Shown here piece after piece: positions 35,440 through 44,433 of a stretch of 64,000 nucleotides of DNA; the stretch's first letter is position 1; each line of letters opens with the position of its first letter. The stretch comes from an uncultured Woeseiaceae bacterium (GTDB lineage Bacteria > Acidobacteriota > Vicinamibacteria > Vicinamibacterales > UBA823): NCBI GenBank assembly GCA_964569695.1, contig CAZMUA010000014.1, positions 11,935 through 75,934 on the forward strand, in the 5' to 3' direction. The notes below the pieces were generated by a model. The model worked only from the letters and a program-made list of their open reading frames with translations. It was not told the origin of the DNA and did no database searches. Made by a program: the position numbers and the translations under genes.

Positions 35440-37167
35440 ATGTTTCGCCGTTTCTCTTTGGGTATGGGTCGCCTAGCTGCACCTGTTATCGGTTTGAGTC
35501 TGGTGGTTGTGTATGGCACGACTGTCATGGCACAGGATCATCGTAATGCCACAAGTGCACACGGCATGGTGGTCTCTATATCGGTGGAGGCGAGTGACGT
35601 CGGTGCGAAAATTCTAGAACAGGGTGGCAATGCGGTCGACGCAGCCATTGCGACCGCGTTTGCGTTGGCCGTGACTTATCCGTCTGCTGGCAATATTGGT
35701 GGTGGTGGTTTCATGTTGGTCCATCCTGCTAACGGCAGTGCGCCAACTTTCATCGACTATCGCGAAAAAGCGCCACTTAGTTCAACGAAGACGATGTTTC
35801 TCGATGAACAGGGTGATTATGTTGATGGCGGCAGCAGGAAGAATCATCTGTATGTGGGGGTGCCAGGCACAGTCGCCGGGTTGGTACTTGCTCACGAACA
35901 ATTTGGTTCATTAGCGTGGACTGACCTGGTCACTCCAGCCGTGACATTAGCTGAAGATGGCTTCGTCTTAAATCACCTGGCTGCTCAGCTCAATCGCGTG
36001 CTGGAACGATCAAACAACGATGAATTCAAGCGGGTCTATGGTAAATCTGGTGGAGACGAACCATGGTTGCCGACCGACCGCCTTGTGTTGCCTGACTTGG
36101 GTCGCACATTGCGTCGCATCACTGAACTGGGCTTGGATGGATTCTATAGTGGTGAGACTGCTGACCTCTTGCATGATGAAATGCAGCGTGGTGGGGGATA
36201 CATCACGCGCGAGGATTTAACAGCATACGAAGCAGTCATACGCGAGCCGATTCACGGCATGTTTCGCGGCTACGACATCTATTCGTCACCACCTCCGAGT
36301 TCTGGCGGCATCTCACTCACGTTGATGCTTAATATGCTTGAGAACTTTGATTTAAGGGCAACCGGGCGTTGGTCCACTGAGACGGTCCACATCATCGTTG
36401 AAACGATGCGTCGTGCTTACGCCAATCGAGCAAAATATTTGGGAGATTCTGATTTTATCGATATCCCTACACACCTCACGGACAAGCTGTATGCGAAGGG
36501 ATTGGCTGAAAGCATTGACGTAACCCAAGCGACCAGAAGTGAACAATTCGGCCCCCCGATCACTCTGGTGGCTGAAAGCGAGGAAACGACACATTTTTCG
36601 GTTATCGATTCTACTGGGATGGCGGTGTCGAACACCTACACGCTAGAAAATGGATACGGTGCAGGGGTTGTTGTCACGGGTGCAGGCTTTTTATTGAACA
36701 ACGAAATGGGGGATTTTAATAAGAAGCCTGGTGTGACTTCACCACGTGGAGAAATAGGGACGTTAGCCAATCAAATTGCTCCAGAGAAACGGATGCTGAG
36801 TTCTATGACGCCGACCATCGTGTCACGGGACGGCAAAGTCTATTTGGTTACCGGTAGTCCAGGCGGTCGGACAATCATCAACACCGTTCTCAACGTCACG
36901 TTGAATGTGCTTGAGTTCGGAATGAATATGCGGGAGGCCGTTGATGCTCCACGCCTCAATATGCAGTGGATGCCAGACCGCCTTGGTTTCCAGGCAGTGG
37001 AGGATCCACAATACGCTGATCTTGTCGATGCGCTCCGTGCCATGGGTCATACCGTGACACGTGGAGGTGGAGGTGATGCCAATTCGATTCTCGTTGAAGA
37101 TGGCACTTTTATTGGTGCAGCAGACAACCAGAATGGCGGTGCTTCAGGTGCGTCAGGGAGTCAGTAG
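35440..37167 (+). CDS. ggt: Gamma-glutamyltranspeptidase
   Basis: Signal peptide plus the autoprocessing Thr context EETTHFSVIDSTGMAVSNTYTLENGYG. Also SSMTPT and GSPGGRTIINTVL. GAAAGGAAG RBS before ATG 35440. Confidence 0.9.
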   Translation: MFRRFSLGMGRLAAPVIGLSLVVVYGTTVMAQDHRNATSAHGMVVSISVEASDVGAKILEQGGNAVDAAIATAFALAVTYPSAGNIGGGGFMLVHPANGSAPTFIDYREKAPLSSTKTMFLDEQGDYVDGGSRKNHLYVGVPGTVAGLVLAHEQFGSLAWTDLVTPAVTLAEDGFVLNHLAAQLNRVLERSNNDEFKRVYGKSGGDEPWLPTDRLVLPDLGRTLRRITELGLDGFYSGETADLLHDEMQRGGGYITREDLTAYEAVIREPIHGMFRGYDIYSSPPPSSGGISLTLMLNMLENFDLRATGRWSTETVHIIVETMRRAYANRAKYLGDSDFIDIPTHLTDKLYAKGLAESIDVTQATRSEQFGPPITLVAESEETTHFSVIDSTGMAVSNTYTLENGYGAGVVVTGAGFLLNNEMGDFNKKPGVTSPRGEIGTLANQIAPEKRMLSSMTPTIVSRDGKVYLVTGSPGGRTIINTVLNVTLNVLEFGMNMREAVDAPRLNMQWMPDRLGFQAVEDPQYADLVDALRAMGHTVTRGGGGDANSILVEDGTFIGAADNQNGGASGASGSQ

Positions 37168-37172
37168 AGCGC

Positions 37173-37192
37173 TAAGGGTTAATAAGGGTTAA
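37173..37192. repeat. Perfect tandem duplication TAAGGGTTAA x2
   Basis: Read directly from the sequence, 6 nt after the ggt stop. Confidence 0.9.
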
Positions 37193-37268
37193 GAAGAAGC
37201 CTATTGAAGTGAGTACCATACTTTTATTTTACTAAGGTTGCATCGGATGTTGCATAAAGGAGCCTGAC

Positions 37269-38018
37269 ATGTCCGCTCATCTTGCGTTGCGTTCCGGTAA
37301 TCCGGCACTGACGGCTGATACTTTCACAAGCATTCCTCGCACGAGTAGCGAGAATGCTATGACTATCAGCGGGACCGTTAACAAGACGTCCTTAGCGCTC
37401 GCCATTCTTTTTGTGGCAGCGACCTACGTCTGGAGCCAAGGGGCAGCCGGTGCTCTTCCAACGGGTTTCATCTGGGGTGGGTTTATCGGTGGGTTTGTTG
37501 TGGCGCTAGTCACGGTTTTTAAGCAGACATGGGCTCCCTATACCACACCACTCTATGCTGGCTTGGAGGGCCTTGCACTAGGTGGAATCTCGTTTATTTT
37601 TGAACAGCAATATCCTGGCATTGTGTCGCAGGCGATTTTTTTGACCTTTGGGACTCTTGGTGGATTGCTGTTGGCGTACCGTAGTGGGGTCATTCGGGCA
37701 ACCGAGAATTTTAAGCTCGGCGTGGTCGCTGCCACTGGGGGTATTGGGCTGGTGTACTTCCTTAGCTTTATTCTCGGTTTCTTCGGCATCAATATTCCGC
37801 TCATTCACTCAAGCGGCACGTTTGGGATTCTGTTTAGTCTCTTTGTGGTCGTCATCGCTGCATTGAACCTGGTACTCGATTTCGACTTCATCGAGGAAGG
37901 AGCCGAGCGTGGTGCACCCCAGTACATGGAATGGTATGGCGCCTTTGGCCTTCTTGTGACCCTCATCTGGCTCTATCTAGAGATCCTTCGCCTGTTGGTG
38001 AAGCTTCGGTCCAGATGA
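37269..38018 (+). CDS. Bax inhibitor-1/YccA family membrane protein
   Basis: 7-TM profile and the typical tail ...EGAERGAPQYMEWYGAFGLLVTLIWLYLEILRLL. AAAGGAG RBS. Confidence 0.85.
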   Translation: MSAHLALRSGNPALTADTFTSIPRTSSENAMTISGTVNKTSLALAILFVAATYVWSQGAAGALPTGFIWGGFIGGFVVALVTVFKQTWAPYTTPLYAGLEGLALGGISFIFEQQYPGIVSQAIFLTFGTLGGLLLAYRSGVIRATENFKLGVVAATGGIGLVYFLSFILGFFGINIPLIHSSGTFGILFSLFVVVIAALNLVLDFDFIEEGAERGAPQYMEWYGAFGLLVTLIWLYLEILRLLVKLRSR

Positions 38019-38078
38019 TGGTTCGCGGTGGTCTTTGCCACAGCGCTCCACTTTTGCGTTGCGCCGCAACGAGTAGGG

Positions 38079-38741
38079 CTATGGATACAGCCGGCGGCAG
38101 AGCCAATCGTTGTTAACACGTTCGTAACACAATCGATCATGCAGCCGGTTGGCGCGACCCTGCCAGAACTCGATTCGCTGCGGGATGATCCGAAAACCTC
38201 CCCAAAACGGCGGTAGCGGAATAGGTTGGTCGGCGAATTTCTTCTCGTGTTCGCGCACTCGTTGCTGGAGTTCATCCACGCTGGTTAGGGTCGCGCTCTG
38301 TGATGAGGCCCAAGCGCCGATCTGGCTGCCACGCAACCTTGTGTGAAAATAGGTGTCAGATTCATCACTTGAGGTGCGCTCGGTTGTGCCCTCAATGCGT
38401 ACCTGCCGTTGTAGCACTGTCCAGTGACAAACAAGGGCCGCACGCGGGTTCGCATCAAGTTCCGCACTCTTTCGGCTGTTGTAGTTAGTAAAAAAAACGA
38501 ATCCACGTTCATCAAAGCCTTTAAGGAGCACGAGGCGCGCTGAAGGTGCACCGTCCGCGGAGGCGGTGGCGAGCGTCATCGCTTCAGGAAGGACAATGCC
38601 GCTGGTTTTGGCCTGCTCGAACCATTCATCGAAAAGACGTAACGGGTCAGGTCCGGCTGTTTTTTCGGACAAACCTTCTGTGAGTCCTTTTACTCCCTGT
38701 CCGAGCGACAGCAGCATACGTAGTTTACTTATGAATGACAT
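38079..38741 (-). CDS. pdxH: Pyridoxamine 5'-phosphate oxidase
   Basis: ARLVLLKGFDERGFVFFTNYNSRK, QVRIEG, and RIEFWQGRANRLHDR at the C-terminus. Confidence 0.9.
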   Translation of the reverse strand: MSFISKLRMLLSLGQGVKGLTEGLSEKTAGPDPLRLFDEWFEQAKTSGIVLPEAMTLATASADGAPSARLVLLKGFDERGFVFFTNYNSRKSAELDANPRAALVCHWTVLQRQVRIEGTTERTSSDESDTYFHTRLRGSQIGAWASSQSATLTSVDELQQRVREHEKKFADQPIPLPPFWGGFRIIPQRIEFWQGRANRLHDRLCYERVNNDWLCRRLYP

Positions 38742-38755
38742 GGTAAATATTCACA

Positions 38756-39331
38756 TTATTCACGGCCAACGGTTAGTTGTGCGGTGTAGACAAAATCACC
38801 GAGGTCAGAATCATCATCGTTCCCAGCGTTGGCTGCGACATGAAAAATAATTGGGCTAGTTGGTGCAACCGGCGACGACCATTCGATGACCCAATTGGCC
38901 AGTCCTGGGGTGGGTAGCGTGCTTCCAACAGTTGTGTGCTGCACGTACTCTACATCACTTGTGTCACCAACCACGGTTGTTGTGTGTGTATCAAGAGGTC
39001 GTAAAATGCCAGCTTGCCGTCCGACGTCTGACCCTTCAAGAAATCGCGCTGTTAGTTGAAACCCTCCGCGCCTCATCTCGACGTGGTTAAGCATGATGTT
39101 CATTTGGTAAGTTTGGCCCGGAAGGTAATCGTTTGGTATACCGCTAAGCGTCAGAGTCCCATCCGGATTATTAAGTTCATGATCCCAGTGGCATTCATGA
39201 CATGTATCCTCACCGAAGCCGCCCGTGTGAGCCGGTGGTGGCCCGTCGAGATAGCCCGCCACCGGAAATGTGAGACTAAGACCCACGAACGTGAAGCACG
39301 CGAGCAGGCAGTAAATACGTTGGCTTGCCAA
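38756..39331 (-). CDS. Secreted protein with single CxxCH motif (putative mono-heme c site) plus beta-sandwich-like domain
   Basis: A signal peptide is followed by DGPPPAHTGGFGEDTCHECHWDHE. TTG 39331 was chosen because the track's longer ORF overlaps the upstream gene by 131 nt. That start lies 7 nt after the stop of the upstream gene. Confidence 0.45.
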   Translation of the reverse strand: MASQRIYCLLACFTFVGLSLTFPVAGYLDGPPPAHTGGFGEDTCHECHWDHELNNPDGTLTLSGIPNDYLPGQTYQMNIMLNHVEMRRGGFQLTARFLEGSDVGRQAGILRPLDTHTTTVVGDTSDVEYVQHTTVGSTLPTPGLANWVIEWSSPVAPTSPIIFHVAANAGNDDDSDLGDFVYTAQLTVGRE

Positions 39332-39338
39332 AATAGCG

Positions 39339-40325
39339 TTAAGGAACCTTCGTTCGTCCAATGGTGTTGGTATCGGTACCGAACCAGATTTCTTGCGCCG
39401 GTGCGTAGTAGTACATGTGACGCACGGTACCGCCACCACTTTCGATCGGTGTGATACTGAAAAAATCATCCGTTGATGGATCGAAACCGACGAATTGATT
39501 GGGTTGTAAGCCAGATTCTACGAACCAGAGGCGATCCTGGTCGTCCATTGCTGTGCCGTAAGGCCGAGAATTCGCACCGCCAGGTGTTTCCCATTCCTGA
39601 AATTGTGCGGTGCTTTGGTCGTATCGCCCGATCATTCCATTGGCGTAGTCGACGTACCAAATTGCATCGTTCGAATCGATCTCCATCCGACGCGGCCTTG
39701 CTTCTTCGCGCGGCAGGGCAATCTCTCGAAGTACTAGCGTCTCAGGATCAATTGTTGCGAGTTTATGCGAACCAAACTCAACGACCCAAGGCACATTATT
39801 GGAATCCATCTTGATACCGTACGGTCTTGCACCCGAGGTTGGAACTTTTACCAAATCAATTACCCCGCTCGCTTTATTCAACCGGCCGATAAAATTTCCG
39901 CCTTGCACTGTGAACCAGATGTTACCCAGATCATCAAAGACTAGTGTGTGTGGATCACGTGCGGCCGAGTCTGGCATCGGATACTTCTTGATGTCACCAT
40001 TCTCTGGATTGAGTTTCCCAATATAAGAATTAAGGTTTCCAGCAAACCAGACTGAACCATCGCTGTCTACAATCAGGTTGTGTGGACCAGCCCCCGAACC
40101 CAATTCATAGCGCTGGAATTCACCGGTCGTCGGGTCGAGCCTCGCCAGGTATTCGCCTTGTTGACCGCAAAACCAGACACGATTTGCACTTTCAGTGTAA
40201 GGGTCGCGTGGCCGGGTATCATTCCAGGGAACGGTCCACTCTCTGATATCGATCGTGTTACGCTCAGTCGTGGCTGTACTAACGGGGATTACAAGAAGCA
40301 GCAACAGCAAACTCAAATACTTCAT
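39339..40325 (-). CDS. Secreted beta-propeller protein of the Vgb (streptogramin-lyase-like, COG4257) family
   Basis: Signal peptide MKYLSLLLLLLVIPVSTA. The sequence has ~40-aa repeats with GPHNLIVDSDGSVWF, DPHTLVFDDLGNIWFT, RPYGIKMDSNNVPWV, RPRRMEIDSNDAIWY and RPYGTAMDDQDRLWF. Confidence 0.65.
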   Translation of the reverse strand: MKYLSLLLLLLVIPVSTATTERNTIDIREWTVPWNDTRPRDPYTESANRVWFCGQQGEYLARLDPTTGEFQRYELGSGAGPHNLIVDSDGSVWFAGNLNSYIGKLNPENGDIKKYPMPDSAARDPHTLVFDDLGNIWFTVQGGNFIGRLNKASGVIDLVKVPTSGARPYGIKMDSNNVPWVVEFGSHKLATIDPETLVLREIALPREEARPRRMEIDSNDAIWYVDYANGMIGRYDQSTAQFQEWETPGGANSRPYGTAMDDQDRLWFVESGLQPNQFVGFDPSTDDFFSITPIESGGGTVRHMYYYAPAQEIWFGTDTNTIGRTKVP

Positions 40326-40496
40326 GGCTATCCTCCGAAGGGCAAATCAATGTTAACGATTCCAGATAAGCAGGCAATACCTAAGATGCTACCTTAAAAC
40401 CGCAATCTGGAAAATGATAGTTCTGAGTCTTTGAAAGATTAAATAGGATGCATAGGGAATAGGAGCAGTTTCCCAACATTTCGAAGGAGCACAGTG

Positions 40497-41438
40497 ATGC
40501 AGGTCATTGACGAAACAACAATCAAGAGCCGCACTGGCGAGGCTGAGGCGTTGGAGGCGGTTGACCGAGCATTTCGGGCGTTAGCAGAAGGACGAGTAAT
40601 GCAACCGCCACCGATGAGTCTCGACGTCCAACCTGCTGGTGGTGAAGTGCATGTTAAGGGTGCATGTCTAGCCGGTTCACCGGTGTTTGCCATCAAAGTA
40701 GCCTCTGGCTTCTATGGTAATCAAGCATGTGATTTACCTACCGGCTCTGGGTTGGTGCTTGTTTTTGACGCGACAACGGGATTTCCTCTAGGAGTGTTAC
40801 AGGATAATGGTTATCTGACTGATTTGCGTACCGCGGCGGCCGGTGCTTTGGCCGCACGCCTTCTCACCAAGGAAAATGTTCGGAAGGTTGCCTTCATTGG
40901 TAGTGGTGTCCAAACACGCTTTCAGAGTCGTGCGATCGCGCGGGTACGTCAGTGGACAGAGGCGGCTATATGGAGTCGCAATCCCATAAACGCACAGCGG
41001 TGCTGTGAGGAATTGACCAACGAACTTGAGCAATTATTCGTGCCGGCGGCCAGTGTCGAGGAGGCGGTTAAAGATGCAGAGCTCGTTGTGACAGTCACAC
41101 CGAGTCGCACGCCACTCGTTGAGTCCGCTTGGCTCGCGCCAGGTGTCACGATCTTAGCTGTGGGTTCTGATGGTCCTGATAAGCAGGAACTTGCACCTTT
41201 GGTTCTGGGAGAGGCAGACAAGGTCGTGGCAGATCGCTTGAAGCAATGCCTTGAGCTTGGCGAAATTCATCATGCTGTAGGTGCCGGAGTCTTACGTGTG
41301 GAACAAGTATATGCGGAACTTGGAGAAATCCTCATTGGTGAGAAGCCGGGCCGAGAGGGTAACGAACGCATCGTCTGCGATCTCACTGGTGTGGGTGCAC
41401 AAGATGCAGCGATTGCTGAGATAGCCTGGGGATCTTAA
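40497..41438 (+). CDS. Ornithine cyclodeaminase / mu-crystallin family protein
   Basis: TDLRTAAAGALAARLL...VAFIGSGVQTR is the Rossmann motif of the family. GAAGGAG lies 7 nt before ATG 40497. Confidence 0.85.
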   Translation: MQVIDETTIKSRTGEAEALEAVDRAFRALAEGRVMQPPPMSLDVQPAGGEVHVKGACLAGSPVFAIKVASGFYGNQACDLPTGSGLVLVFDATTGFPLGVLQDNGYLTDLRTAAAGALAARLLTKENVRKVAFIGSGVQTRFQSRAIARVRQWTEAAIWSRNPINAQRCCEELTNELEQLFVPAASVEEAVKDAELVVTVTPSRTPLVESAWLAPGVTILAVGSDGPDKQELAPLVLGEADKVVADRLKQCLELGEIHHAVGAGVLRVEQVYAELGEILIGEKPGREGNERIVCDLTGVGAQDAAIAEIAWGS

Positions 41439-41533
41439 CCGTTTCCGATTTATCCTTGGTGAGGTCTAATTATCACTTGTACTAATTAGTAGGGAAAGTC
41501 TGGAGACTTGTCCTTTGAAAGCTTGAATACTCA

Positions 41534-43159
41534 ATGAAACAGTTCACATTTGTAGGTGGATGGCTGATTGTAGGGTTGTTGTGGTTTACGAGTGTGGCAC
41601 CCGTTTCGGCGGAGAGCCCGAAGTTGTTGGTCCTCTTGGTGGTCGATCAATTCCGAGCGGACTACGTCGAAACGTACGGCAGGCAATGGTCCGGTGGATT
41701 ACGGCGACTTATCGACAACGGGGCATGGTTCACTGAGGCGGCATACCCCTATCTCAACACCGTAACGTGTGCAGGTCATGCGACAATCGCCACAGGCACG
41801 TATCCGTCGACCCACGGCATGATTGGCAATGAATGGTGGGACCGGGCATTGAGCCAGGAGGTCCGCTGTACCTTCGATCCTGATGCGGAGGTAGTGAGTT
41901 ACGGGATTCCTCAACAACCTGGCGAAAGCCCGAATCGTCTCCGGATCCCAACGCTGTCAGATGAGCTACGACTACAACTTGATTCGGATGCGCGTGTGGT
42001 GACTTTTTCACTGAAAGAGCGATCTGCCATCATGCTTGGGGGCCACTTGGCAGACGTGGTGACATGGTTCGGACGCAACAATGCCTGGGTCACTTCATCC
42101 GTTTACACCAAAGAACCGATCCCTTTTCTTGCTGATTTCATACAAGCATCTCCGATTGAGGTGTTGCATGGGACGCGATGGAGTCGAACACTTTCGGCCA
42201 CCAACTATCTGTACGAGGATGACATCGACGGCGAACGACCCTGGCCATATTCGAAAGGAACTTTTCCACATTTACTCGAGGGCGAGCAGGGTCTGCCTGA
42301 TGCGCAATTCTACGAACGTTGGCAGCACAGTCCTTACTCGGATGAAGCGCTTGGGCAAATGGCCGTGGCTGCTCTTGAACAGCTGCAATTGGGACAGCGC
42401 GCCTCAACTGATTACCTCGCGGTTGGATTTTCGGCGCTCGATAAAGTCGGTCATCGTTTCGGACCCAAGAGTCATGAAGTACAAGATGTGCTGATTAGAC
42501 TTGATGCCACCCTTGGCAAGCTACTCGACGAACTCGACCGATGGGTAGGTCAAGACCGGTATGTGATTGGATTGTCTTCGGATCATGGGGTCTCACCGAT
42601 TCCAGAACAGATGATTGCGTTAGGCTTCGATGCGGGGCGGCTTCGGTCTCGACCCGTTCGTGAGCATCTTGAAAGCGTGCTTGAACAGTTGCTTGGTTCA
42701 GGACCACACGTGGCTGGCATGGCGGTCAACAGCGTTTATCTTGTGCCAAACGCGCAGCGTCAGTTGGCCCAGAATCCTCAACTGCGTGTTGGTGTCTTGG
42801 AGGGGTTTAAAGAAATTCCAGGAATCCAAAAAGCGTTTTTCGCCGACACACTGCCTGAGCGACGTTTATCTGAAGATGACCTTGAACGCGCAGCAGCATT
42901 AAGCTTTTACCCAGGTCGAACTGGCGATCTGGTGTTTGTGCCAAAACCCTACTGGATGAGTGGTGGTAACCCAGCGTCGCATGGGACTGCCAATTTCTAC
43001 GATCGCCGCGTGCCTGTCGTTTTGTTTGGGGCGAATATCAAGGCCGGCCGGTATGCTTCAGTGGCGTCACCGGCAGACATTGCACCGACCATGGCCCATT
43101 TGGTCGGTGTCACGTTGGCACAAGTTGATGGTCGAGTGCTTGTGGAGGCTCTTCAATGA
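41534..43159 (+). CDS. Alkaline-phosphatase superfamily protein (type I phosphodiesterase/nucleotide pyrophosphatase, NPP)
   Basis: Signal peptide. LLVVDQFRADYV...TVTCAGHATIATGTYPSTHG is the nucleophile Thr region. Also SSDHG. Confidence 0.8.
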   Translation: MKQFTFVGGWLIVGLLWFTSVAPVSAESPKLLVLLVVDQFRADYVETYGRQWSGGLRRLIDNGAWFTEAAYPYLNTVTCAGHATIATGTYPSTHGMIGNEWWDRALSQEVRCTFDPDAEVVSYGIPQQPGESPNRLRIPTLSDELRLQLDSDARVVTFSLKERSAIMLGGHLADVVTWFGRNNAWVTSSVYTKEPIPFLADFIQASPIEVLHGTRWSRTLSATNYLYEDDIDGERPWPYSKGTFPHLLEGEQGLPDAQFYERWQHSPYSDEALGQMAVAALEQLQLGQRASTDYLAVGFSALDKVGHRFGPKSHEVQDVLIRLDATLGKLLDELDRWVGQDRYVIGLSSDHGVSPIPEQMIALGFDAGRLRSRPVREHLESVLEQLLGSGPHVAGMAVNSVYLVPNAQRQLAQNPQLRVGVLEGFKEIPGIQKAFFADTLPERRLSEDDLERAAALSFYPGRTGDLVFVPKPYWMSGGNPASHGTANFYDRRVPVVLFGANIKAGRYASVASPADIAPTMAHLVGVTLAQVDGRVLVEALQ

Positions 43160-44400
43160 ATATGTATGCGGTAATTATTTTGGCTGCGCTCCTTGGAGAG
43201 TATGTGCTCTCGACGACAGCGAGTTGGCTAAACGTACGCGCGATGTCTCCCAACGTACCTGACGAATTTGCAGGGGTTTACGATGCTGAGCGATATGCTA
43301 GGTCGCAAGAATACACTCGTGTTGGAACCCAATTTAGCTTAATCCACAACACCTTTCGTTTGGCCACGCTACTTTTATTTTGGCAGTTCGGTGGCTTTGG
43401 CTGGTTTGACGTCTTGGTTCGTAGTCTGGGCGTTGGTCCGGTAGCAACGGGACTGATATATATCGGCGGTTTATCACTGGCTTCGTACGTAATCGGGATG
43501 CCCTTCCACCTTTATTCCACGTTTAACATTGAGGAACGTTTCGGTTTTAACCGAACGACCGTAAGAACGTTTGTGGCTGATCAATTGAAGCAATTGATTC
43601 TTCAATTAGTGATCGGGGGCGCACTCGTGGGAGCAGTCCTCTTTTTCTTTGACTGGGTGGGCTCGTGGGCTTGGCTCTGGTGTTGGTTAACGGTCGTCAT
43701 TTTTATGGTACTGATGCAGTTTGTCGCGCCCACTTGGATAATGCCCTTGTTTAATAAGTTCACACCGCTTGAGCTTGGCGAATTGCGTGAGGCGATCATG
43801 GCTTATGCGCGCACGGCTAGGTTTCCCCTCGAAGGGCTTTTCGTAATTGATGGGTCAAAACGATCGACAAAAGCCAATGCGTTTTTTACAGGTTTTGGCA
43901 AGCGCAAGCGGATTGCTCTCTACGACACACTGATTGAACAACAGACAACAGAAGAAGTGGTTGCGATTGTGGCGCACGAAGTCGGCCACTATAAACGCAA
44001 ACATGTGTTTGAGCGAATGGTGTTAAGCGTCGTCCATACGGGACTTATGTTCTGGTTGTTATCGTTTTTTCTTGAACAACCTGCGCTGCTGGAAGCGTTC
44101 GACGTCCACGAACCATCGGTTTATGCCGCGCTTCTATTTTTTGGATTATTATTCACGCCAGTAGAACTTGCACTCTCGGTTCTCGTCCTCGCCCGGTCCA
44201 GGAAAAACGAATTTGAGGCGGATGCGTTTGCTGTGACGACGACGGCTGGATGTGAGCCGCTTGTAAATGCACTAAAGCAGCTCAGCGTTCAGAATCTTGC
44301 AAACCTGACTCCACATCCGCTTACGGTCGTTCTAGGCCACTCGCATCCACCACTGCTCCGTCGAATTGAAATGTTACGAGCTGAAGCGGCACAACTGTAA
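43156..44400 (+). CDS. M48 family zinc metalloprotease (Ste24/CAAX-prenyl-protease type)
   Basis: Multi-TM N-terminal region, HEVGHYKRKH (HExxH) and a downstream EFEAD. The ATGA start overlaps the NPP stop. Confidence 0.85.
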   Translation: MNMYAVIILAALLGEYVLSTTASWLNVRAMSPNVPDEFAGVYDAERYARSQEYTRVGTQFSLIHNTFRLATLLLFWQFGGFGWFDVLVRSLGVGPVATGLIYIGGLSLASYVIGMPFHLYSTFNIEERFGFNRTTVRTFVADQLKQLILQLVIGGALVGAVLFFFDWVGSWAWLWCWLTVVIFMVLMQFVAPTWIMPLFNKFTPLELGELREAIMAYARTARFPLEGLFVIDGSKRSTKANAFFTGFGKRKRIALYDTLIEQQTTEEVVAIVAHEVGHYKRKHVFERMVLSVVHTGLMFWLLSFFLEQPALLEAFDVHEPSVYAALLFFGLLFTPVELALSVLVLARSRKNEFEADAFAVTTTAGCEPLVNALKQLSVQNLANLTPHPLTVVLGHSHPPLLRRIEMLRAEAAQL

Positions 44401-44433
44401 GCGAGTGTGAAGCAGCAGTAAAAGGGGAGTGTC

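Noticed and set aside
37173-37192. Tandem TAAGGGTTAA x2 after ggt as a possible regulatory repeat
   Set aside because: There are only two copies of a 10-mer in a 3' intergenic region. It is most simply a slippage duplication, so it is listed as a repeat feature only.
39332-39469. Longer version of the CxxCH ORF, overlapping the Vgb-like gene by 131 nt
   Set aside because: The extension lies out of frame over a well-supported gene and precedes the hydrophobic leader. TTG 39331 is the first start after the upstream stop. The exact start remains uncertain.
41480-41509. Palindromes TACTAATTAGTA (41480-41491) and AAGTCT-GG-AGACTT (41496-41509) upstream of the NPP gene. Also TGCGCTGCAGCGCA (62962-62975), GGCTTTAAAGCC (17468-17479) and the AAACGAC...GTCGTTT hairpin (35260-35281).
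   Set aside because: Perfect palindromes of 12 to 14 bp are expected several times by chance in 64 kb: about 1 per 4096 positions for 12 bp and about 1 per 16384 for 14 bp. Without conservation data they are not evidence of operators. None matches a Pho box or another operator I know.
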